Source: an uncultured cyanobacterium
GTDB lineage: Bacteria > Cyanobacteriota > Cyanobacteriia > Phormidesmidales > Phormidesmidaceae
NCBI GenBank assembly: GCA_963793265.1
Contig: CAWBZI010000004.1
Span: 416,001 to 480,000, forward strand
Reading direction: 5' to 3'
Length of the DNA stretch: 64,000 nucleotides
A program made the position numbers and the translations under genes. The stretch's first letter is position 1; each line of letters opens with the position of its first letter. Shown piece by piece: positions 39,848-48,593 of this stretch. Below the pieces are notes generated by a model, which ran no database searches, had not been told where the DNA came from, and saw nothing but the letters and a program-made list of their open reading frames with translations.

Positions 39848-40385
39848 TGTGAGATTGTGTTGTTATCAGAAGGCGAAATAGGCTACGTACAGTTAAGCTT
39901 GTATCAAAACGAACCTTATTTTTCAAAAAACGCCTATAATATAAAGTGTGGTTATGTAGCTTTTTGCGACCAGCCTATCTGTTCGCATTACCTAGCCAGC
40001 TCACTCGTTCACTCATCGAGCCATTCTATCTGGTCACCTATTCTAGGGTAGTACCAGCTACTACCTGAGTATCTATACATCGATATTCAGATATTTCGGG
40101 ACTCTGTTTGCTTCCTGTCGAAGCTCTTTTCTGCCAACAAACCACTGCTACTACACTACTTCAGCCTAATTCTACTCAATCTTGATCCCATTTAGCGGAA
40201 AGCTTTTCGTTCCAAAAAATCTCACTATTCTACTTAAAATCCAAGTCAAGTCTTAAAACGGCATCACAAAACAGGATTCAGCGTCTACCTGATGCCTGCA
40301 CACCAAGCCAGTTTGACTTAATTCTCTATAGCTGCTCTTCCTAATTTGGAAAAAGCATTTAATCTTAACTCTTTATTTAATTCCT

Positions 40386-40910
40386 ATGGCGTCATCACCT
40401 CTCAACCGGCTTTCCATCTTTGTAGACGGAAACAATATGTTTTACGCTCAGCAAAAAAACGGCTGGTTTTTCGACCCAAAGAGAGTGCTAGAGCACTTTG
40501 TTAGTGAAACAGATGAGCTTACCTTAGTCAATGCTTTTTGGTATACCGGTCTGAAAGATCCCCAAGACCAGCGTGGCTTTCGAGATGCTTTAATCAGCTT
40601 GGGCTATACGGTACGCACTAAAGTGCTTAAAGAGTATTACGACGACACGTCAGGTCGCTATTCTCAAAAAGCCAATTTAGATATCGAAATTGTCGTTGAT
40701 ATGTTCAACACCGTTGAACAATATGACCGTGTTGTTTTACTAAGTGGTGACGGAGACTTTGAACGTGCTATTGAGCTACTACGCTCCAAAAACACCCATA
40801 TCACAGTCGTCTCAACAGAAGGCATGATTGCTAGAGAGCTGCGCAACGTTACGGATCGCTACATTGATCTCAATAAAATTCGTCCATCGATCGAAAAAGT
40901 AGACAGCTAG
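40386..40910 (+). CDS. labA: LabA (NYN/DUF88 domain) circadian output factor
   Basis: 'IFVDGNNMFYAQQKNGWFFDP', 'QKANLDIEIVVDM', 'SGDGDF'. Confidence 0.88.
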   Translation: MASSPLNRLSIFVDGNNMFYAQQKNGWFFDPKRVLEHFVSETDELTLVNAFWYTGLKDPQDQRGFRDALISLGYTVRTKVLKEYYDDTSGRYSQKANLDIEIVVDMFNTVEQYDRVVLLSGDGDFERAIELLRSKNTHITVVSTEGMIARELRNVTDRYIDLNKIRPSIEKVDS

Positions 40911-40911
40911 T

Positions 40912-41253
40912 CTACTCAACGAAGAACATTTTTATGGCTGAGCTTAGTTTGATCTGAGCCTGATACTGCTGCTGCATTTGCGAATCAGTTTCTAGCCAGT
41001 GTTCTACTAGCTGCTGCTCGTGTTCGGAGACTTCTCCATCTATATAAGCACTTAGTAGCTCGAACTTCTCTTCAGTAGTTAGCCTATCTGCTATCGGATT
41101 GCCTTCTGTGTCAGATTTTGGCGTTACCCTTTTACGAAAGCTAGGAAAGGAATCTCTAGAAGGCTCATCATTAGAGAATGCAGCAGGTTGCGTCATCAAA
41201 TTAGATTGATTGGAGAGTGCGTGCGTATCGAGTGGGTAGAAATTAAGAGTCAT
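40912..41253 (-). CDS. Small anti-sigma-domain-like (zf-HC2-like) protein
   Basis: 'FELLSAYIDGEVS..EQQLVEHWL' matches the N-terminal domain of cyanobacterial anti-sigma factors; no TM segment. Confidence 0.65.
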   Translation of the reverse strand: MTLNFYPLDTHALSNQSNLMTQPAAFSNDEPSRDSFPSFRKRVTPKSDTEGNPIADRLTTEEKFELLSAYIDGEVSEHEQQLVEHWLETDSQMQQQYQAQIKLSSAIKMFFVE

Positions 41254-41485
41254 GATACGGACGAGTGAAGATAGTTGAGTGCAAGCCTTGCATAAGCTGT
41301 ATCCCTTTGTAGCTTAGTATTAGAAGACGAACAAGGGTTGGCATTAGTTCATCTTCTTAAGAATTTAGAGTAGATAAGTGGTTTTCGGGTGATAATAGAT
41401 ACGCGGATAGGTAAAATACGCGGGTATGTAAGAAAGTTTTTCTAAGTTGTCGCTGTTTCACGAGTTTTTCGCAATCTACGCACCT

Positions 41486-41917
41486 ATGCAATATTTAGCA
41501 AAGGTTCATACCAAACATGCTTCAGGCGATACTCAGCTTCAGCTTTTAGCTGTTAATACCTGTGAGCACACCTGGGAGCCTGTCACACCGCCAAGAGTCA
41601 TTTTGGTCACTAAAAGCGTTCCGGCTAACGAGCAAGTGTTAGTGCTAGTAGAGCTAGACGCTGATGAAGAGGTGGTGGCTGCCAAGGATGCTACCCAGTG
41701 GGTGCTTGATTTTGTCTCTGAGTATTTGACGCAGGGGCTAACGCCCAAGGGGCTAGAAGAAGAATTAGAGCGGGCTGAGCAGTGGCGGCAGTCGCTCACG
41801 CTGCAAAGCCAGGAAGTGCGTCGTCGGGCGCTAGAGACAGCGGCCCGACGCGATGAAATTCAGGATTTAGAAAAGCGCTTGAAGCTGGAGCGAGAGACGC
41901 TAGAAAGCAGAGAATAG
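41486..41917 (+). CDS. Conserved cyanobacterial protein resembling the N-terminal region of HmpF, ending in a coiled coil
   Basis: 'MQYLAKV', 'LQLLA', 'LVLVELD', 'EQWRQSLTLQSQEVRRR.LE'. ATG at 41486. Confidence 0.65.
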   Translation: MQYLAKVHTKHASGDTQLQLLAVNTCEHTWEPVTPPRVILVTKSVPANEQVLVLVELDADEEVVAAKDATQWVLDFVSEYLTQGLTPKGLEEELERAEQWRQSLTLQSQEVRRRALETAARRDEIQDLEKRLKLERETLESRE

Positions 41918-41991
41918 CTTTAGTTGGCAGTGACTTTGCCTTAGCCCCGAACTGAGTATAGCGCCAGTCAGACACAATACGACTTCAGCAG

Positions 41992-43566
41992 TTAGCTTTG
42001 AGGCAGTACGTCTTGCAGCAGGGGCGCAAGCTCGTCTTTGAGCTGTCCGGCTCGAATAAATTCGGCGTAGGTATCCGATTCTATTGCGAGCAGCTCATCA
42101 CGAACCTGCTCTGCGGCATAGGTCAATATCTCTGGGTTTGAGCGCTGTAGCTTGGTGAGATCTTCCTGGAGTTCTTCAAGCTGGCCTTCTACTAAAGCGA
42201 TCTGATATCTGGCAAACTCTTCGTCTACCTCCTGTCTTTCGATGAGTTCTTTGAGCCGGTCGAGTACCCGGTTAAGTGCGACACGGTGAGCTACTAGCTG
42301 CGTGTACTTCTGACGAGTTGGCTGATCGCCTAGTAGATCTAGCCAAGAGAGTAGCGGTTGGGTGGTGAGGCCCTGAACAAGAAGGGTAAAGAGCATGACG
42401 CCGAAGACAACGGCGATGATTTCTTCGCGCTGGGCTAGAGACTCAGGGACGCTCAGGGCTAGGGCGACTGAAACCGATCCTCTTAGGCCCCCCCACCAAA
42501 GGACGGTTTGACCGGGCAAAGATATGTTTTCGCCTTTGGTAATAAAGTTGCTAAAGCTACCGAGGCCAAAGACGCTGATGGCGCGGGCGGTGATGATGAT
42601 AGCGATCGCAATAAAAATCGTATCGGCGTTGTCAATAAGCGCTTGAAACCGTACCTGATCGCCAATTAGCAAAAACACAATCGAATTGACGAAGAAGGCC
42701 AAAAATTCCCAAAACTCAGATACCACTAGCCGGGTGCGAGGGTTCATGCCAATGCGAGAACCAAAGTTGCCTAAGATCAAACCAGTAGTGACAACTGCGA
42801 TGACGCCAGAGCCGCCGAGTTCTTCAGCGATGATGTAGGTGCCGTAGGCAGAAACGAGGGTAAGGGACTGCTCTACTAGAGGAATGTCGAATCTTTGGGT
42901 CAAAAATGAGATGCCGAAGCCAATTAGACCACCTAAGCTGATGCCTAGTCCGGCAAAGATAGCGAATTTGGCAATTGTCACAGTGGCGTCAAACTGTTCA
43001 AGCCCAAGGGCAATTCCCAGCAGTAAGTTGAAGGCCACAACGGCAACACCGTCATTGAAAAGGCTTTCGCCCTCCATCAGTGTCGTAAGCCTTTTATCAA
43101 CCCCTAACTCTCGAAAAAGCGCCGTGACTGAAACAGGATCGGTAGCAGATAGGCTTGCTCCGACTAAAAGCGATGTGGCCAGTGAGGCCCCGGCAAGCTG
43201 CTGTAGGCCAAACACCAGGCCCATTATGCAAATCACAACGCCTAATACGGCGTATAGCAAAATCGGCACTAAATCGCTTTTTAACCGGCTCCACTTGATA
43301 TTCCAGGCTGCTTCAAACAGTAGCGGGGGTAGGAAGATAAATAGGATTAGCTCGGGTGAAAGATTGACGAGCCGAACATCGACAACGGCTAGCCCTAGCC
43401 CAACGACCAGTAGCAATAAGGTGTAGGGAATGTTTCGCAGGATGCTGAATACTCTAGAGAGCGTAGCGACACCTAGAGAAACTGAGAGTACGAGCAAGAA
43501 CTGACGTAGGTTCGACTCAATCGCAGCATCTTGAAGGGCGGGTTCTACCGCTATTAACCAATGCAA
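41992..43566 (-). CDS. Na+/H+ antiporter (CPA1, NhaP/NhaS-type)
   Basis: 'FLPPLLFEAA', 'ATDPVSV', 'EGESLFNDG', 'GGLRG'. Start trimmed to TTG 43566 to remove the overlap with recN. Confidence 0.9.
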   Translation of the reverse strand: MHWLIAVEPALQDAAIESNLRQFLLVLSVSLGVATLSRVFSILRNIPYTLLLLVVGLGLAVVDVRLVNLSPELILFIFLPPLLFEAAWNIKWSRLKSDLVPILLYAVLGVVICIMGLVFGLQQLAGASLATSLLVGASLSATDPVSVTALFRELGVDKRLTTLMEGESLFNDGVAVVAFNLLLGIALGLEQFDATVTIAKFAIFAGLGISLGGLIGFGISFLTQRFDIPLVEQSLTLVSAYGTYIIAEELGGSGVIAVVTTGLILGNFGSRIGMNPRTRLVVSEFWEFLAFFVNSIVFLLIGDQVRFQALIDNADTIFIAIAIIITARAISVFGLGSFSNFITKGENISLPGQTVLWWGGLRGSVSVALALSVPESLAQREEIIAVVFGVMLFTLLVQGLTTQPLLSWLDLLGDQPTRQKYTQLVAHRVALNRVLDRLKELIERQEVDEEFARYQIALVEGQLEELQEDLTKLQRSNPEILTYAAEQVRDELLAIESDTYAEFIRAGQLKDELAPLLQDVLPQS

Positions 43567-43723
43567 GTTGTCTGTCAGTCCGATGAGCGGAGCCGAAGAA
43601 AGTAGAAGAGGGCTAAGCAAGGCAATTACAGCGTAAAAACAACAGTAAAAACGGCACTGAAAGCAACGATACAAAGCATTTCGCACCGAAGCGTTTTCAT
43701 AGTAAAGCCTAGCGGTCTTCCTA

Positions 43724-45646
43724 TTACCCTGCCTTACGGATTGTTTCGGCCTGCTGAAGCAGGGCGTCGGCAAAGGCGATCGCCTCACTGTGCGATCGCC
43801 CTCCGGCAAGCTGAGCTAGCTCTTCGCGCCGGGACTTAGTATCCAACGGCGTGACTTTAACAATGGTACGCTCTTCGCTACTGGCCTTGGTAGCGTTAGT
43901 ATCGGCCTTGCTGACCTGATTAGAACCGGATTGGCCCGCAGTCTGATTGACAATCTTGGCACGAGCTTTGTCTTCTTCGGTGAGTAGCTTATCCGAGGGT
44001 TCAGCATCATTTTTCACCACCTTTGCCGACGCAGATTTAGACTTACGGCCCTTCTTACCTTTCGCATCTAAATCATCTGAGGGCAGCGTAACGACGTGCT
44101 TGCCTACATGAAAATGAGCGTCGGCCATCGCTGCAACTAGCGGCTGGTGCGTGACACAAAGCACCTGATGCTCTCGGCCTAGCTGGTAGAGCTTTTCGGC
44201 GATCGCTTGAGCAACCCGCCCTGAAACGCCCACATCAATCTCGTCAAAGACCATTGTGCCAATGGGATCAACGCGAGAAAAGCAGGCTTTTAGCGCCAGT
44301 AAAAACCGACTCATCTCACCGCCTGAGGCAATCTCGACTAGGGGCTGAAGGGGCTCGCCGGGGTTGGGACTAAACAAGAACGAAATTAGGTCTGCGCCGT
44401 TGGCGGTAGGTGCTTGTGACTGAATATCGACTTTGAACTTGACGCGCTCCATCGCCAGCGGTTTGAGCTGAGTGACTAGCGCCTGTTCTAGCTGTTTGGC
44501 GGCACCTTGGCGGAGCTTGGTGAGGCGATCGCAGCTCTCTAGCAAAACATGCTGCTTTTTTTGGTACGCACTTTCTAGCTCTTCGATCGACTGTCCGTCG
44601 CCGTGAAGCGCGGCTAATGATGCCTGAATCCCCTGGTAATATTCGATTAGCTCGGGCAAATCGCGGTTGTACTTGCGACATAGCTGTTTGAGCTGAGCAA
44701 TGCGCTGATCAATTTCTTCTAGCCTTTCAGGATCGGTTTCGATGCTTTCGCCGTAGGTATTTATCTGCCTACCTGCTTCTTGAACTTGAGCGATCGCATC
44801 ACTCACCATTTCCAAAATAGAATCAACTGCTGGGTCATATCGCAGCATGTCGCTCAAGATCCCTTCCGCCTGACCCAGCAAATCGGCGCAAGCTTCACCT
44901 TCATCATTTTCATAGAGAATTTGATAGGTCTGATAGCTTTGCTGCTGTAGCTCTACGCTATGGCTCAATCGATGATGCTCGATTTGCAAGGTTTCTAGCT
45001 CATCAGGCGCTTCAATCGCAGCCTCAGTGAGTTCTTTGCTCTGAAACTCAAACATCTCTAGCTGGTCGGTACGCTGCTGCTCGGCCCGGCGACGGGTGTC
45101 CAATATCTTTTTTGCCGCCGTTGCTGCCTCGTAGTCAGCGCTTACCTGCTGCCTTTGCTTGACGAGCTTACTGTCGCCGAACCCATCTAACCAGTCGCGC
45201 TGAAGATCTGGCGAGCCAAGCTGTAGCGTTTGGCCCTGAGCTGTAATTTCAATCAGCAGACGGCGCAGCTCTTCCATCTGGGGCTTTTTTACCGCAACGC
45301 CGTTCAGCCGCGAGCGACTACGAACCGATCCCGAGCCTTTTGCCGCCGTAAGATCTCTGCGGCAGATCAGCACATTACCTTTATCAGGAATCTCATAGCC
45401 GCTCAGCCACTCAGTAATTCGCGAGTCATGAGTACCCACATCAAAAGTGCCTTCTACCATGGCTTTGTCAGTGCCGGTTCTCACCCATCTTCCAGAGGCT
45501 TTCCCCCCTAGCACCGCATCAATGGCATCTAAGATAATAGACTTACCTGCGCCAGTTTCACCCGTTAGTACGTTGAGCCCTGGCTTTAGCTCAAGATCTA
45601 AGCGCTCAATCAGGGCAAAATTCTCAATCTTTAAAGCAGAAAGCAT
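43724..45646 (-). CDS. recN: DNA repair protein RecN
   Basis: 'GETGAGKS', 'SGGEMSR', 'FDEIDVG', 'VTHQP'. Confidence 0.97.
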   Translation of the reverse strand: MLSALKIENFALIERLDLELKPGLNVLTGETGAGKSIILDAIDAVLGGKASGRWVRTGTDKAMVEGTFDVGTHDSRITEWLSGYEIPDKGNVLICRRDLTAAKGSGSVRSRSRLNGVAVKKPQMEELRRLLIEITAQGQTLQLGSPDLQRDWLDGFGDSKLVKQRQQVSADYEAATAAKKILDTRRRAEQQRTDQLEMFEFQSKELTEAAIEAPDELETLQIEHHRLSHSVELQQQSYQTYQILYENDEGEACADLLGQAEGILSDMLRYDPAVDSILEMVSDAIAQVQEAGRQINTYGESIETDPERLEEIDQRIAQLKQLCRKYNRDLPELIEYYQGIQASLAALHGDGQSIEELESAYQKKQHVLLESCDRLTKLRQGAAKQLEQALVTQLKPLAMERVKFKVDIQSQAPTANGADLISFLFSPNPGEPLQPLVEIASGGEMSRFLLALKACFSRVDPIGTMVFDEIDVGVSGRVAQAIAEKLYQLGREHQVLCVTHQPLVAAMADAHFHVGKHVVTLPSDDLDAKGKKGRKSKSASAKVVKNDAEPSDKLLTEEDKARAKIVNQTAGQSGSNQVSKADTNATKASSEERTIVKVTPLDTKSRREELAQLAGGRSHSEAIAFADALLQQAETIRKAG

Positions 45647-45955
45647 AGCCCTACATCGCCTTTGGTTTGTTCGCGGGTGTTTGTACTGTAATTTGTACTA
45701 TGAAGATTGTACTATCTCAGGTTTTTGAATGAGAAAGGCTGCTTATCTCGCTTGCGACAGACGACAGCTTTCAATAACTTGATACAATAATTCACATAAT
45801 TGTGTCTTTATGTTTTCACGACGCTTTCTATTCCTAGACACTACGTTCTAGCTGTTCGGTAAGCAATCTCTCTTTTGAGATTATTTTACCGCCGCAAGCT
45901 AGAAGCCATCGCTAAACGAATACTTTTTTTGAAGATTTTCTTCTAAGCATCTTTT

Positions 45956-47998
45956 ATGAGCGTAGCTTCGCCCGATCTCTTTACCTCACCGTCTGAACTG
46001 CCTACGGCTACCGCCCCCCTTGACGAGTATGGTCGTCCCATCGTTACAGACGATCAGGCCCGGCCAGTGACCGTTGCGGCTGTGCCTGTCGCAATTAAGA
46101 TGCCGCCTGAGCGCTTGGAGGATATTTTGACTTACAACCCAGAGGCGATCGCCGCCTTCTACCGCCGCCGTCCTTTCCAAATTCTGTTCCGCCTGCTCTC
46201 AATCTTTTGGATAGCTACGGGCTATGTTTTGGGACTGCTGTGGGATAAGGTTACGGGCCGTCAGAAGGTGAATGAGCAAAAGCGAGCTGAGGGCTTGCGA
46301 GTGATGCTCACCAAGCTCGGGCCTGCCTACATCAAGGTGGGCCAGGCGCTATCGACGCGTCCAGACTTGGTGTCTCCTTCGACAATGGCAGAGATGGTGA
46401 AGCTGCAAGATCAGCTACCGCCGTTCTCTAATGAAATTGCGATGCGATTTATTGCCGAAGAAATTGGTCAGCCGCCTGAGAACGTTTATGAGTATCTATC
46501 TCCAAATCCAATCGCAGCCGCTTCGTTAGGTCAGGTTTATAAGGGTCGGCTAAAAACAGGCGAAGACGTAGCGGTGAAGGTGCAGCGCCCCGGTCTAGCC
46601 GATCAGATTACGAAAGATATCTATATCATCCGCATTTTGGCCAACTGGGCGACGAATAATATCAAGCAGATTCGTAGCGATTTGGTCAGTATTGTTGATG
46701 AGTTTGGTACTCGTATCTTCGAGGAGATGGACTACAACCATGAAGGGGCTAACGCTGAGCGCTTCGATAGGCTGTACGGCTATTTGCCCGAGATTGTGGT
46801 ACCTAGTATTTATGAGCAGTACACGGGTCGTCGGGTGCTGACGATGGAGTGGATTGAGGGCGTTAAGCTCACTGAGCTAGATGAGCTAGCTCGCAGAGGC
46901 ATTGACCCGACTCATGTCATTGAGGTGGGGGTGCAATGCTCGCTGAGGCAGCTTTTGGAGCACGGCTTTTTCCACGCCGATCCTCACCCTGGTAACTTGC
47001 TGGTGACAGCGGACGGTAAGCTGGCCTATCTAGACTTTGGCATGATGTGTGAGGTACAGCCCTACCAGCGCTACGGTCTGATTGAGGCGATCGTGCATAT
47101 GGTGAATCGTGATTTTGAGGGCTTAGCTCAGGATTACGTCAACCTGGAATTCTTAACGCCTGAAACGGACTTAAGCCCAATTATTCCAGCGCTAGCTGGT
47201 GTATTTAATAATGCTCTAGGAGCCAGCGTTGCTGAGCTGAACTTGAAGAGCATCACGGATGAATTTTCGGCATTGATGTATGAGTATCCGTTCCGGGTGC
47301 CTGCTTACTACGCGCTGATTATCCGCTCTTTAGTGACGCTAGACGGTATTGCTATTACGGTCGATCCAGACTTTAAGGTGTTGAGCAAAGCCTATCCGTA
47401 TGTGTCTAAGCGATTGCTGACCGATCCGGCCCCTCAGCTCCGAAACTCTCTGCAGGCACTACTTTTTCAAGACGGTAGCTTCCGCTGGAATCGGCTGGAG
47501 AATCTGCTAAAGAACGCGAAAGATAGCGACGAGTACGACTTGAACAAAGTGCTTGATCAGACGCTGGAATATCTGTTTTCAGAGCGTGGTGAGTTTTTGC
47601 GGGTTCGGATTGCAGATGAGCTGGCTAAAGAGCTGGACAAAGCTGGCTTTAGCTTGATTCAGAAGATTGCGGCTACACTACGACTGCCAGGGCACGAAAA
47701 GCTGATGGGGAAAGTAACTACGCCCATTGGCGCGCAGCCGGTTCCTGCTGGAACAAGTAGCTGGGAGCAGGCGGTACGTGTGCTGAAGATTTTGCGGGAT
47801 ACTGAAGGGCTGAATGTGGCAACGGTGGCTAATGTGGTGCCTAAGTTTGTCGGTCAGCCAGAGGGTCGTGATATTGGCAGACGAATTGTGAATGGTGTGG
47901 CGCAAAGAGCGATCGCTCGTATGATTCGCGAGTTCTTAGTCACTGAACCAAAGCCAGTAGTCGTTGCCCCGGCCCTACCGCCTGCACGAGCTGCTTAG
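45956..47998 (+). CDS. AarF/ABC1/UbiB family atypical kinase
   Basis: 'LGPAYIKVGQ.LSTRPD', 'AAASLGQV', 'VAVKVQRP', 'HADPHPGN', 'DFG'. Confidence 0.95.
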   Translation: MSVASPDLFTSPSELPTATAPLDEYGRPIVTDDQARPVTVAAVPVAIKMPPERLEDILTYNPEAIAAFYRRRPFQILFRLLSIFWIATGYVLGLLWDKVTGRQKVNEQKRAEGLRVMLTKLGPAYIKVGQALSTRPDLVSPSTMAEMVKLQDQLPPFSNEIAMRFIAEEIGQPPENVYEYLSPNPIAAASLGQVYKGRLKTGEDVAVKVQRPGLADQITKDIYIIRILANWATNNIKQIRSDLVSIVDEFGTRIFEEMDYNHEGANAERFDRLYGYLPEIVVPSIYEQYTGRRVLTMEWIEGVKLTELDELARRGIDPTHVIEVGVQCSLRQLLEHGFFHADPHPGNLLVTADGKLAYLDFGMMCEVQPYQRYGLIEAIVHMVNRDFEGLAQDYVNLEFLTPETDLSPIIPALAGVFNNALGASVAELNLKSITDEFSALMYEYPFRVPAYYALIIRSLVTLDGIAITVDPDFKVLSKAYPYVSKRLLTDPAPQLRNSLQALLFQDGSFRWNRLENLLKNAKDSDEYDLNKVLDQTLEYLFSERGEFLRVRIADELAKELDKAGFSLIQKIAATLRLPGHEKLMGKVTTPIGAQPVPAGTSSWEQAVRVLKILRDTEGLNVATVANVVPKFVGQPEGRDIGRRIVNGVAQRAIARMIREFLVTEPKPVVVAPALPPARAA

Positions 47999-48012
47999 TT
48001 GATCTAGCCGTT

Positions 48013-48486
48013 TTAAGGAATCTCACTAAGATCGCAAATAATATATAGCGGTGAGTAAGGGCTACAGGAGGCAATTAGTCTCCGGTCTTGCTTGCCGTAG
48101 GTGATAGTACTGCCAAATCGGTTGATCCATGTCCAACCGTCAGCTTCGACAGCAGGCTCTAAGGACGAAAACGTTCGAGTAATTACGCGCTGGTTGTCCC
48201 CATCGATTGTCTGAATGTTTTCACGGTTCAACTCCATTTTCAGAATAGAGTTCAAAATTGCGGTGTTATCCTCGTGTTTGGGCCAAGCCCCTCTAAAAAG
48301 AAAGTAAAGCATCACCAGACCTGTGCCGCTGATGAGCGTTAAGAAGATAGCGACCTGAACGAGTCGGGGGTGGTGGGTGATGCCGTTGCGGATTTTACGT
48401 AACTTGCTAGGTTTTGTTGCTACAGCAAGGTCTTGCTTAGCGGGTGAGAGGTCGGTAGCGGGCTCCCTGGTTTTTAGGGTGGGCAT
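48013..48486 (-). CDS. Hypothetical single-pass membrane protein
   Basis: 157 aa with one TM (LVQVAIFLTLISGTGLVMLYFLF); fills the gap between two genes. Confidence 0.7.
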   Translation of the reverse strand: MPTLKTREPATDLSPAKQDLAVATKPSKLRKIRNGITHHPRLVQVAIFLTLISGTGLVMLYFLFRGAWPKHEDNTAILNSILKMELNRENIQTIDGDNQRVITRTFSSLEPAVEADGWTWINRFGSTITYGKQDRRLIASCSPYSPLYIICDLSEIP

Positions 48487-48593
48487 AGGGCGGCATCTAC
48501 ATACTTACTTAATTTGATTGTAAAGCTTGATAGCGACTATAGTTCAGTAGCTTTTCCGTAACTTTACGGAGGAAGCCTCTTTTTTTGAATCAG

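Noticed and set aside
42884..43426. 180-aa plus-strand ORF
   Set aside because: Antisense shadow of the hydrophobic antiporter coding region.
43567..43809. Cys-rich 81-aa N-terminal extension of the Na+/H+ antiporter
   Set aside because: Overlaps the recN 3' end; an artefact of choosing the furthest start codon.
45781..45798. GATACAAT-AA-TTCACATA as an HLR1 site upstream of the ABC1 kinase gene
   Set aside because: One mismatch in each half within AT-rich DNA; too weak to call.
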